This document shows positions 14,248 to 25,617 of a stretch of 64,000 bases of DNA, piece by piece; the stretch's first letter is position 1, and each line of letters begins with the position of its first letter. The notes under the pieces were generated by a model. That model did no database searches and was not told the origin of the DNA. It saw only the letters and a list, made by a program, of their open reading frames with translations. This DNA is from Eledone cirrhosa. Taxonomy: Eukaryota. Where the stretch lies: assembly GCA_964016885.1 (NCBI GenBank), contig OZ024752.1, forward strand, positions 22,258,001-22,322,000. Reading direction: 5' to 3'. Both the position numbers and the translations under genes were made by a program.

Positions 14248-14444
14248 ATATGTATGTGTATGCGTACATTTATATATATGTATATATGTGTGTGTGTGTA
14301 AGTATGCTTTTGTGTTTTTTTTGTGTGTGTTTGCATGTGTAGTTTTATTTTATTTTTCCTTTCCTTCTCCCTTTTCCAGCCTCACTTTCATATAGATTGC
14401 ATTTTTGTTTTTAGAATCCATATTCAATAAACAAACCAGGATTT

Positions 14445-14502
14445 TTCATTCTGAGGATTGAAAGCAAAACCTTTTGCTTTTAAGAAACCACTGGTAAATG
14501 GA
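14445..14502 (+). ncRNA. Type I hammerhead in PLE 3' region (mirror at 8421-8478, minus)
   Basis: TTCATT-CTGAGGA-TTGAAAGCAAAA-CC-TTTTGCTTTTAA-GAAAC-CACTG-GTA-AATGGA. Confidence 0.8.
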
Positions 14503-14783
14503 ATAATTGCCTTATGTTGTTTATTACATAATAATAATATATATATATATATATATATATAGATAATTTAATATATCTACTAACATAAGCGCACATATGT
14601 ACGCTAATGCCAGCAAATACACAGGTTATGTCATAGTACCTAGGTGGTTCAATGCAGGAGAATGCAGAACAGTAATATATAAGACGTAAAATAAGAAAAT
14701 TTCTTAAAAAAAATTTTTTTTAAAAATTAACTTACTTAAATTTTCACTCCAACTAATTAGTTTCTGCAATGGGATAAAGACGT

Positions 14784-15535
<752 letters not shown>

Positions 15536-15550
15536 ATAAAATATAGACAT

Positions 15551-15616
15551 CTTACGTCACTAGACTGTTTACTTTCAATTTACTATTACTTTCATAGTCA
15601 TATTAAACACGGAAGT
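15551..15616 (+). promoter_or_regulatory. Candidate proximal promoter motifs (CRE-like TTACGTCA, ETS-like CGGAAGT)
   Basis: The motifs lie 60-125 bp upstream of the ATG at 15676 in non-repetitive sequence. Short motifs like these can occur by chance. Confidence 0.3.
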
Positions 15617-15675
15617 TTACAGTTAACAACTTTTAACTTTACGATAGAGACAACATTATAGGAAAGAAAAGAAAT

Positions 15676-15750
15676 ATGTCAGAAATAGTTACAGTATCTC
15701 TGATTATATGTTTGATGATTGTTATTCTCTTTTTCTTCTGCTTGAGAAAG
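15676..15750 (+). CDS. Candidate first coding exon: N-terminal signal anchor/TM segment
   Basis: MSEIVTVSLIICLMIVILFFFCLRK followed by donor AAG|GTAAAT, phase 0. Confidence 0.55.
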
Positions 15751-16379
15751 GTAAATATTATTTCACTTCATTTTCATTCTTTTAAAGTGGAGTTACTTAA
15801 ATGAAGATATCACGCGTTTTTTAAATTTTTTTATTAAAGCATATCGATGTAAGTGGAGTTACTTAAATGAAAATATAGGTGGCCCTTAAAAGGGCCAAAT
15901 TGTTAATGGAATTAACCATCGCTACCGCTACTACAGCAGATACCATCAATCTCCATGGGGACTGTCTCTTGTCTCCATGTGGACTGTATCCATGCTTTTG
16001 AATAAGGGTGGTGAAAAAGATTATATATAGAAATGACTTCTGCAGGACTAGAACTGTTTAATTCGTATGAAATCGTCAATATATATATATATATAAACTA
16101 TGGAAGGCCTACAACTGAGGTTGATAGCAAGGCTAAGCCGTTGAAATAGGTAAACACTTAAACCCTTTCCAATTCTCCCCTAATACTTTAGTAAGGCGAA
16201 CTGTCAACAACAACAAAAACTCCCCGAGTGACACCCTAATGAAACAATCAATTTACTAGTAATAGTAAATTCTGTTATTTCAGGAGTTTATTGCATTCAT
16301 CTATCAATGTAGTGAACCCCACCACCTTCATCGCAGTATACACATATCTCTCTCGCTCTCTCTATATATACACAACACA

Positions 16380-16483
16380 CAAGGTGTCCCCCCAAAAATG
16401 TATACACACTTTGATTACCGGTACATGTAATATTTATTAAAATACTGTTAAAGTGTGTATACACTTTTAGGGGACACACTGTA
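16380..16483. mobile_element. Small Tc1/mariner-like MITE
   Basis: Imperfect ~33-bp TIRs GGTGTCCCCCCAAAAATGTATACACACTTTGA / TTAAAGTGTGTATACACTTTTAGGGGACACACTGTA. Confidence 0.6.
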
Positions 16484-16809
16484 TAGAAGACTCATTTGGT
16501 ATTATATATGTATATATAAACAGAAATAATGAAACGAAATTTCATTTCTCACTCTTAGTACGGCTGTTACTTAAATATAAGTATGTATACGTACATACAT
16601 ATATGTATACAGACGTACAGTAGTATGTATATATATATACATACATGCACACATATATATATGTACGTATTCCTTTGTCAGTGTTGAACAAACGAGCAAC
16701 GATGGTTGCTAGACACTACGGCTTAATACGGGATGTTTGTTTACAAACACACCGAGCATTATAATAAATGTACATATATATACGTACATATATATATGTG
16801 TGCATGTAT

Positions 16810-16880
16810 GGGCATACGTCAAGACAGGCGGACTCACAAGTGAAACTAATTTTTGACGTGTGTATATATATGTGTGTGTG

Positions 16881-16917
<37 letters not shown>

Positions 16918-17266
16918 TTGTATATATATATGTGTTTGTGTCATCATCATCGTTTAACGTCTATCTTCCACGCAAGCATGGGTTTAGACGTATATATATG
17001 TTTGTGTGTATATATGTGTTTGTGTGTATATATATGTTTTTATGTGTATATATATATGTGTCTGTATATATATATATGTGTATGTATATATATATTTATG
17101 CACACATACACATTTGTATGAATTTGTAGATGTATATATATATGCATGTACACAATTGTATGGGTTTTTTTTTTAAATAATGACATTGTGTGTGAAAGTA
17201 ATCACTTACGTAACTGTCAAAAATTAGTTTCACTTTTGAGACCGCCCGTCTTGACGTATGCCATAT
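16810..17266. repeat. ~48-bp inverted repeat enclosing microsatellite and an RTE-type tail fragment
   Basis: GGCATACGTCAAGACAGGCGG...AATTTTTGAC at 16811-16858 versus its reverse complement at 17217-17263. Confidence 0.6.
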
Positions 17267-17280
17267 ATATATATATATAA

Positions 17281-17461
17281 TAATTGTTTCTACTTTAGGC
17301 ACAAGGCCAACAATGACCCAGTGCATTACTGGTACTTTATTTTATCGACCCCGTAAGGATGAAAGGCAAAGTTAACCTCGACGGGATTTGAACTCAGAAT
17401 GGCAAGGGCCATAACTCTATACGTCAAAGCATGGCGTCCGACCCTCTACCGATACTGCCAA
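17281..17461 (-). mobile_element. tRNA-derived SINE
   Basis: Reverse complement of the SINE family at 20918-21103. Confidence 0.8.
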
Positions 17462-17571
17462 TATAATAATAATAATAAATTTGAAGACTAAAATCCAAAG
17501 AGGGTTGGATAAGGATAAATATATATCAAATATATAAGAACCGTAGAGCAAATATTTATTAAAATAACAGA

Positions 17572-17668
17572 TTAAAGTTTAAGCAAAGAATCGCTGCTTT
17601 CACCCTTAACGGGATCTTCAGAAGATCCCATTAAGGGTGAAAGTAGCGATTCTTTTGCTTAAACTTTA
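17572..17668. repeat. Fold-back palindrome of the CAGAAGA hammerhead-like segment (family of 57860-59285)
   Basis: TAAAGTTTAAGCAAAGAATCGCTGCTTTCACCCTTAACGGGATCTTC-A-GAAGATCCCATTAAGGGTGAAAGTAGCGATTCTTTTGCTTAAACTTTA. Confidence 0.75.
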
Positions 17669-18133
17669 TAATATATGTCACTCCACTGTACATCAATATA
17701 TATATATGTATCTGTATGTCTCTTGCATTGGATAGGAGGTCAATTATATGTACATGCATTGAAAAATGCTCCGAAGACTCCAAGCCTAGGTTTGGATGAA
17801 ACAATTGTAAGTGAATAAATGCTTTGAACATAGCTTTGATCCTTGTGAATTCTCTCTATATATATATAATATAGAATATATATATTATATATATATGTAG
17901 ATAAATCTACCAAAATATACGGTAGTGTCCAATCTGTATGAAGAACTCAATGTAATCCAAATATCATGAAAAGAGAAGATGTATTCAAAAATTTTTTCGA
18001 TGAAAATCACAAGAAAACAGAGTCAAGATAAATTAATAAAAACAAAGAAACAGTTCCTTATATTAAAAAATTCATCATTTTACGATCGTTTCTAGGATAT
18101 ATATGTGTGCGTTGCTATGTATATCATATAGAT

Positions 18134-20728
18134 CACAGGTTCTCAACCCATTTAGGCCAAACGAAATCACGAAACGCCCCCCTACCCTATTTTTCCATTT
18201 TTCAATATACTACTGATTTTGATATCTGTAGATTACTAAAAAAATGATTAACAATATTCCAAAGATACCATTACAGGCAGCTGAGAGTATAAATACATTC
18301 CTTGAAAGAAAATATATAAATTTAAAAAAAAGGAACATAAATGTTCTTTTTTATGAATAAGGACCAGTTGAATTTGTTATATTCCCACCAGGTGATACCA
18401 ACTATTTTGAACATTTATACAAGAGCAACTCTGTCTATCCAAAGAGTGCTTTTATCTGGAAGAAAGTGGCAATTATATCATTTCAAAGCTTTCCAATTTT
18501 CCCTTTAATGAAACAGACAGAATAAATGTTGATATCTAACTTGATGTCCCCTCTGCTTTGTGAGCTTAGAGACCACGGAAGAGGGTTTTCATGACCACGC
18601 GGGAGTGTATATTTATTAGTAAATGGTAAAATATATACAACAAATGAGTAAGTGAATTGTAGTAGATGGTTTCCAGTTCAGTCAGACTGCAACTACAAAT
18701 AAAAAAAATTGTTAGTTTGCTTTGTAACAATAGCATATCTAAGTTTTCGGATAAATCAACTTACTTTAACTTTGACCTCATTTCAATGGGACCCTTGAAC
18801 TTTATGGAGTCTAGCTAACTCTTTGACGTCAGGCTGGATTTTTCGTAAGATGTAGCCGGAGATCTCCACATGTAATTACATTGTAGCGGTTGCGAGCCTT
18901 ACTGTGCAGTCTGGAAACAGCACCAAACCTCCTCTTGACTAAGTATGAGCTTGGAAAAGGCAGAGCAAATCTCTTAGCCTCTGCATGTAGGTGTGGAAAT
19001 CGATGCTGAATTTCCTCTTGCATTCAAAAAAGGGGTTCACCTATTTTGGGAAATCTAATTTTGATCATGTCATCTGCTTGAAGTTCAATGAATTCTTCCT
19101 GAAATATAACGTCCAAATCATCGACGTTAGCTGTGAAGGGATCTGCTACCCACATTGGGATGTCCATCGGCAAAAGGTCGACAAACCGTTCTCTCATGTT
19201 GTCTTGTAGCGCACGGAAGTGAGCGGTATAAATTTGGAGTTGGTCATCGCTTACAATGTTTTGAACATTGGCGACACTAGGAAAATTATAGAATTCCCGT
19301 CAACAAAGATTCCTTTCGATGACATTCAATTTGCAAGGTGATCTTCTTCCCCTGCAAAGCCAAAATGACGCTATTGCATTTGTTGACGATGTCGGTGAGG
19401 TAGGTGCAGTTTTGCCTCACATCAAGGGTTTTCTTGTACAGTTCCGTGTTGCGCTCTCGCAGAAACTCAATGATAGAGTCAAACAGTTCAAAGAAGTGAG
19501 TAAGGCACTTGCCCTTTGAAAGCCACCTCACTTCATTATGAAGGAGCAACTTGACGAATTCTTCGTCATTATCTTGGCACAGTTGCCGGAAAATTTGTTC
19601 ATTGAGGGAATGCCGTTTGATAAAATTGATGACATCAAGGGTCACCTGCAAGGACTTGATCAGTGGCTTCCTGAGTTTCTTCACAGCCAAATGTTGTCGA
19701 TGAATGACACAATGAACAACAAATACAGAGAGATTTTCTCTCTTCAGAAGAGTGACGAAACCCTTATGTTGGCCGACCATTGCTCTAGCGTCGTCCGTAG
19801 CACATGATACAATGTGTGTTGTATTTGGTCCTAGATGTATGTATTACCTGCCTGTGTGTTGTATTTGGTCCTAGATGTATGTATTACCTGCCTGTGTGTT
19901 GTAGGTAGTCCTAGATGTATGTATTACCTGCTTATGTATTGCATGTGGTCCTAGATGTATGTATTACCTGATTATGTGTTGTATGTGGTCCTAGATGTTT
20001 GTATTACCTGCTTATGTGTTGTATGTGGTCCTAATGTATGTATTACTTGCCTGTGTGTTGCATGTGGTCCTAGACGTGTGTGCTACCTCCTTATGTGTTG
20101 CATGTAGTCCTAGATGTGTGTATTAATTGCTTATGTGTTGTATGTGGTCCTAGATGTGTGTATTACCTGCTTATGTGTTGTATGTGGTCCTAGATGTGTG
20201 TATTATCTGATTATGTGTTGTATGTGGTCCTAGGTGTGTGTGCTACCTGCTTCTGTGTTTTTTTTCTTCTTTTTTTATTTGTAATATTATTTATACAATA
20301 GGAAATAAAATAGATCTACATAGTGTTAACTCGTTACGGTTGAATCAATAATTTCAGATATGAAATACATTGTTATCGGTGAAGGAAAGACAAGATTCTA
20401 ACTGGCTGCGATTGAAGTGTCCTTGACCCAGTTGACTGTGGGGTTTTCCATTGTTAGGATCTCAATTGCCAGTTAATGTTTAAACATGCCTGCACACCTG
20501 CGGTCAGACCATAGTTATGCTGTCTGCATGCTCATTCAAATGCATTCACACTGGCTGTCTCAAAGACATACAAATATGGCTTATAAAACTTACCAAAGTA
20601 AAGAGCCTTCCAGTGCATTCCAAAGCTCCAAATGCCCCCTAATGCCCCCTTGCTCCCAAATTGCCCCCCCCCCCTGGATTTCCGAAACGCCCCCTGGGGG
20701 TGCATATGACCCCCATTTAGAATCTTTG
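18134..20728 (-). mobile_element. hAT DNA transposon (Buster/Charlie group), internally deleted, 8-bp TSD
   Basis: TSD ATATAGAT at 18126-18133 and 20729-20736. Imperfect TIR CACAGGTTCTCAAC / revcomp CAAAGATTCTAAAT. Transposase fragments at about 18780-19810 with TDDARAMVG, HCVIHRQHLA, LLLHNEVRWLSKGKCL and FPSSYLV...GDLRLHLT. Confidence 0.88.
19814..20258. repeat. 40-bp minisatellite (~11 copies) inside the hAT element
   Basis: Unit GTGTGTTGTATTTGGTCCTAGATGTATGTATTACCTGCCT. Confidence 0.9.
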
Positions 20729-20917
20729 ATATAGATCTATGTAAAAATTTTACAAACTATCAGAGGGAATATACATACCTACACATATATGCTGTCTTCA
20801 GAAATAATATATTATATATATATATGTTCTCCAGAAATATTAAATTATATATATATATCATATTATATATATATATATTATATATATATATATATATTAT
20901 ATATATATATATATAAG

Positions 20918-21103
20918 GGTGGTGAATTGGCAGTATTGGTAGAGGGTTGGACGCCATGCTTTCTAGCATAGTTACGTCCCTTTACGGTTTGAGTTCAAAT
21001 CCCGCTGAGGTTAACTTTGCCTTTAATCCTTACGGGGTCGATAAAATAAAGTACCAGTAATGTACTGGGTAATTGCTGGCCCTGTGCCTAAAGTAGAAAC
21101 AAT
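20918..21103 (+). mobile_element. Full-length tRNA-derived SINE
   Basis: A-box TGGCAGTATTGG, B-box GAGTTCAAATCC and the conserved central core; inserted in (TA)n. Confidence 0.85.
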
Positions 21104-21324
21104 TATATATATATATATATTATATATATATATAATATATATATATCATTTTATCATCATCATTTTACGTCCGCTTTTCCCTGCTTGCAAGATATAATAT
21201 ATATATATATATATATAATATATAATATATATATATATATATATATAATATATATATATATAATATATAATATATATAATATATATATATATATATATGA
21301 TGATGAATATATATATATAATCAT

Positions 21325-21663
21325 TCATCATCATTTCATTTTATGTCCGCTTTTTCCCTGCTTGCAAGGGTGGGACGGGAACTGATTCTGGCTTGATTTC
21401 TACAGCTGGATGCCCTTCCTAACACCAACCTCATTTACAGTGAGCGCTGGGTGCTCTTTTGCCGTGGCACCTCCACGACCACTTTGCAGTGGAATGATAT
21501 GGACCCCAGTCCCTATCATCTCATTTCTACAGCTGAGTAAACTGGAGCAATGTGAAATAAAGTGTCTTGCTCAAGGAAACAACACATCACCCGGTCTGAG
21601 AATTGAACTCACAACCTTTTGATTGCAAGGCCAATGCTCTAACCACTAAGCCATGTGCCTCCA
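21325..21663 (-). mobile_element. tRNA-headed SINE with RTE-derived 3' tail
   Basis: Minus strand reads GGAGGCACATGGCTTAGTGGTTAGAGC...GAGTTCAATTC, then GTTAGGAAGGGCATCCAGCTGTAGAAA...(GAT)n, shared with the RTE 3'UTR at 23720-23880. Confidence 0.75.
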
Positions 21664-21680
21664 TATAATATATATATATA

Positions 21681-22190
21681 AGTGCCGTACTAAGAGTGAG
21701 AAATGAAATTTCGTTTTCATTTTATTACAACTTATCGTTTTCGGTACGCCTGGCCGAACTCACTCGATATGCAAATTAGGCTGCTCAGCCGTTAATTTTC
21801 ATAAGGAAAGTATATACTTTCGAACGTTCAACCATCTGGCAGAAGGGTATACGGTGCTGATGATAGCTAACAAGCTTGAAACTAGTACATCGTTCCTGTG
21901 TCAGTGTTGAACAAAAAGGTGACGTGGTTGCCTTAACACCGTACGGCATAAATTCAGGCTGTTCAGTTTGTTTACAAACGAACAAAGCGGGGGTTATAAT
22001 AAGCGTCTGCTAAACTGATACGTACATATATGTATGTGTACCTGTATGTATATATATATATATATATATATGCATGCTACTGTAAGTCTGTATACATATA
22101 TGTATGTACGTATACATACATACTTACATTTAAGTAAGTGCCGTACTAAGAGTGAGAAATGAAATTTCGTTTTCATTTTATTACAACTTA
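21681..22190 (+). mobile_element. 456-bp non-coding HHR-bearing unit with 54-bp terminal redundancy
   Basis: AGTGCCGTACTAAGAGTGAG...ACAACTTA occurs at 21681 and 22137. Relatives at 53900-54450 and 16520-16800. Confidence 0.75.
21851..21893 (+). ncRNA. Minimal type I hammerhead with palindromic stem III
   Basis: ACGGTG-CTGATGA-T-AGCT-AACA-AGCT-T-GAAAC-TA-GTA-CATCGT. Confidence 0.8.
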
Positions 22191-22211
22191 TATATATAAT
22201 ATATATATGAT

Positions 22212-23881
22212 TAGGGACCGGGTGAATATAGACGAGATGCAATTTGGGTTTGTACCAGGGAAAGGCACCACTGATGCCCTCTTCCTTGTGAGGCAATTAC
22301 AGGAAAAGTACCTAGCTAAAAGTAAGCCACTCTACTTGGCATTTGTCGACCTTGAGAAAGCCTTTGACAGAGTTCCACGTGCAGTAATCTGGTGGGCTCT
22401 TAGAAAACTAGGAGTAGATGAATGGCTTGTGAAAGCGGTACAAGCCATGTATAGGGGAGCAGTCAGCAAAGTTAGGATTGGCAATGAGTATAGCGAGGAA
22501 TTTAGCGTACAGGTTGGGGTCCACCAGGGCTCTGTTCTTAGCCCTCTCCTGTTCATCATAGTCCTGCAGGCAATAACGGAGGAGTTTAAGACCGGATGCC
22601 CATGGGAACTCCTGTATGCTGATGACCTCGCACTCATAGCTGAATCTATGGTAGAACTAGAGAATAAATTCCAAACCTGGAAGCAGGGACTAGAGAGAAA
22701 GGGCCTCAAAGTCAACATGACAAAGACTAAGGTCCTTGTAAGTAGACGAGAAAACAGAACCCAGATCCCCTCAGGGAAATGGCCTTGCTCAGTATGTAGG
22801 AAAGGTGTAGGTAGAAACTCCATTCTCTGCCCCAAATGCAAACAATGGGTACACAAGAGATGTAGCGGGATCTCAGGAAGCTTAATTAAGAATGTAGGAT
22901 TCACATGCAGCAGCTGTGCTGAAACAGCAAGCAAACAGCCACAGGAAACAAGTACCACCAATCTCTGGGAGGGCCCTGTAGAAACAGTAGACAGCTTCTG
23001 CTACCTAGGTGACCGAATTAGCAACGGAGGTGGGTGCTCAGAAAGTACAATAACTAGGGTAAGAACGGGATGGAAGAAGTTTAGGGAACTACTACCACTG
23101 CTAGCTGCAAAAGGCTTCTCCCTCAGAATGAAAGGCAGACTGTATGATGCGTGTATCCGAACAGCGATGTTGCATGGTAGTGAGACCTGGGCGCTGAAGG
23201 TGGAAGACTTACGTAGATTAGAGAGAAACGAAGCCTGCATGCTCCGATGGATGTGTAACAGTAATATACGTGAACGACAAAGCATAAAGGAATTGAGAGA
23301 GAGACTGAGCATAAGAGGAATCAAATGCTGCGTGCAGGAGAGGCGGTTACGCTGGTATGGACATGTGATGCGTATGAAGGATGACAGCTGCATAAAAAGG
23401 TGCAGAGCACTAGAAGTTGATGGAAACCGCGGAGTGGGGAGACCCAAGATGACTTGGGATGAGGTGATAAAAGCCGACCTTACCCAACTACACCTCTCAA
23501 AGTCAATGACACACGACCGTGACTTCTGGCGTCACGCAGTAATACAGGGTACCCGACCTCCCATGGGTACATGCTGAAGCATATAAACAATATGCCCCCC
23601 CCCCTCCACCGCAAGGTGGCCGTGGAGGTGCCACGGCAAAAAAGCACCCAGCCCACACTGTAAAGTGGACGTGTAGGCGCCACGAAAAAGCACCCAGCAC
23701 TCACTGTAAATGAGGTTGGTGTTAGGAAGGGCATCCAGCTGTAGAAATCAAGCCAGATCAGTTCCTGTATGAGCAAGGCATGGTCAGCCGACCAGACACT
23801 GCCCACAACAGGACAACCCGTCTAACCCATGCTAGCGTGGAAGAACGGACGTAAAACGGTGATGATGATGATGATGATGAT
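22212..23881 (+). mobile_element. 5'-truncated RTE-clade LINE (RT, Cys-rich insert, 3'UTR, (GAT)n tail)
   Basis: Open frame to 23577 with QFGFVPGKGTTDA, FVDLEKAFDRVPR, GVHQGSVLSPLLF, LLYADDL, HGSETW and RLRWYGHVMR. Confidence 0.95.
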
Positions 23882-23884
23882 ATA

Positions 23885-24022
<138 letters not shown>

Positions 24023-24121
24023 TTAAAGGTTAAACAAGGTTCAATGAATAAATCAATGAATAAAGTTTCACAATAGATTAGATTTAATATTTTGAATTAA
24101 TATTATATATATATATATATA

Positions 24122-25617
24122 AATCAAGAAAGAAGAGTGACACGGTTTGCTATACAATAAGGGCTTTATTCACATTGCTGACAATTGTTTCTCTGAACTG
24201 GTAGGTTTAGAGATCGCTACCCGCCTGTTTCTGCGTCAATCGATCACCAATACATAGTTGTAACCAGTCAATTCATCAGAGCTAGCGAGAATGAAGGGAA
24301 TACACAGGCATGGCTTCTACATCTAGTAGTGGCATTCAATCAGAACAATAACAACAATACTAACAATGCTAGCAATAAATTAGTTGAAATAATCACAACA
24401 TCAATCTAAGTAAGACATAGAGTATACTTATGACTTTAGCATGTAAAACAAGCTGATATGATGCAGATGTATGAAATTGACATGTAAAAGCTGTTGTGGG
24501 TTGTTTTATATATAGTGTAGAGATAGGCCGGGGCTTTAAACAATGTACCATTTCCTTTACCGTAGGTCTGGTGATCGTAAGAATTATTTATTATCTAACA
24601 GATAAAATATTTTCATTGTAGTGAGGATAGTCATATTTGTGGTGTGAAGTGGATTCAATATTTATGTGGTCTATATTAGATGAAGGGATTGTTAGTTTGA
24701 ATCATGGGGTTTAGCTTTCACATCATCAATAACATACATGTATAAGATAACACTAACAGAGTAGCAATATAATAGGTAAGTTAATACAGAGGTTAAGGAG
24801 GCAATATATATATATATATAGAGAAAACATGCTGACTACAATTATAACAACAGGAGGAAGGTGTTTTACTGTGGTATTATTCTGATAATGAATATGATAA
24901 GTGGAACTAAATTCAAAAAAAGAACCCTAACTGGACTACACATAAGTGGACTACCTATAACAATAATCTGTTATCCCGTATACATAGCTCCCACCTGGTT
25001 GAGCAACACCATTAACGCATGGCAACATGGAAAAGCACCGTATAGGAATATCATTGAAAAACATACCTATACCTACAAATAGGGACTATACACTTGGCAT
25101 GATACGACGGACTAATGATTTCATCCGTAGGGCCCAATGGAAGGCTTACCACTTCGACAAAGGACCAGCTATTAACGCAAGAGAATTTTCTAAGGAGAAT
25201 TACGGATTCAAATCCTGCAAAAACCCTCTAAACAACGCCACACTCGATGCCTTCGAGCTGGACCTTATGAATATGATAAGTGGAACTAAATTCAAAAAAA
25301 GAACACACTACAAGTTACCAAATGACATCAACACACTACTAAAATAACTAAAAGACACCAACGGTATCATAGTAAAGGCAGACAAAACATCAATTGTATA
25401 TTCTATGGACCTTAACACATACAATAATTTCATTCAGCGTGAACTACACAAAAAATACAAAAAAACAAATGAATCCACGCTCACCAGCATTAACGTGGAG
25501 GGCCTTAGGATAGTAAATAAACTCGGAATATCCGATAGGACCGAGCCTCTAACCCCATGCTACCCCACATTTAACCTGATGAATTGACTGGTTACAACTA
25601 TGTATTGGTGATCGAAT
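24122..25617. mobile_element. Rearranged PLE remnant: inverted pLTR with HHR plus N-terminal ORF fragment
   Basis: 25027-25570(+) encodes SLKNIPIP...FIRRAQWKAYHF...YGFKS...VKADKT, similar to the 11111 ORF region. 25577-25615 is an inverted copy of 24241-24279. Confidence 0.75.
24176..24283 (-). ncRNA. Type I hammerhead with long stem II
   Basis: Minus strand: GCT-CTGATGA-ATTGACTGGT[insert]ACCAGTTCAGA-GAAAC-AATT-GTC-AGC. Confidence 0.65.

Larger units (their letters stand above)
8384..14538. mobile_element. Penelope-like element with ~2.7-kb inverted duplication (arms 8384-11110 and 11817-14538)
   Basis: The left arm is the reverse complement of the right arm, and the GIY-YIG ORFs 9949-10467(-) and 12462-12980(+) differ at 2 aa. 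The spacer 11111-11816 is unique. Confidence 0.92.

Noticed and set aside
20918-21663. tRNA genes
   Set aside because: A/B boxes are followed by SINE bodies and tails, and no complete cloverleaf is evident.
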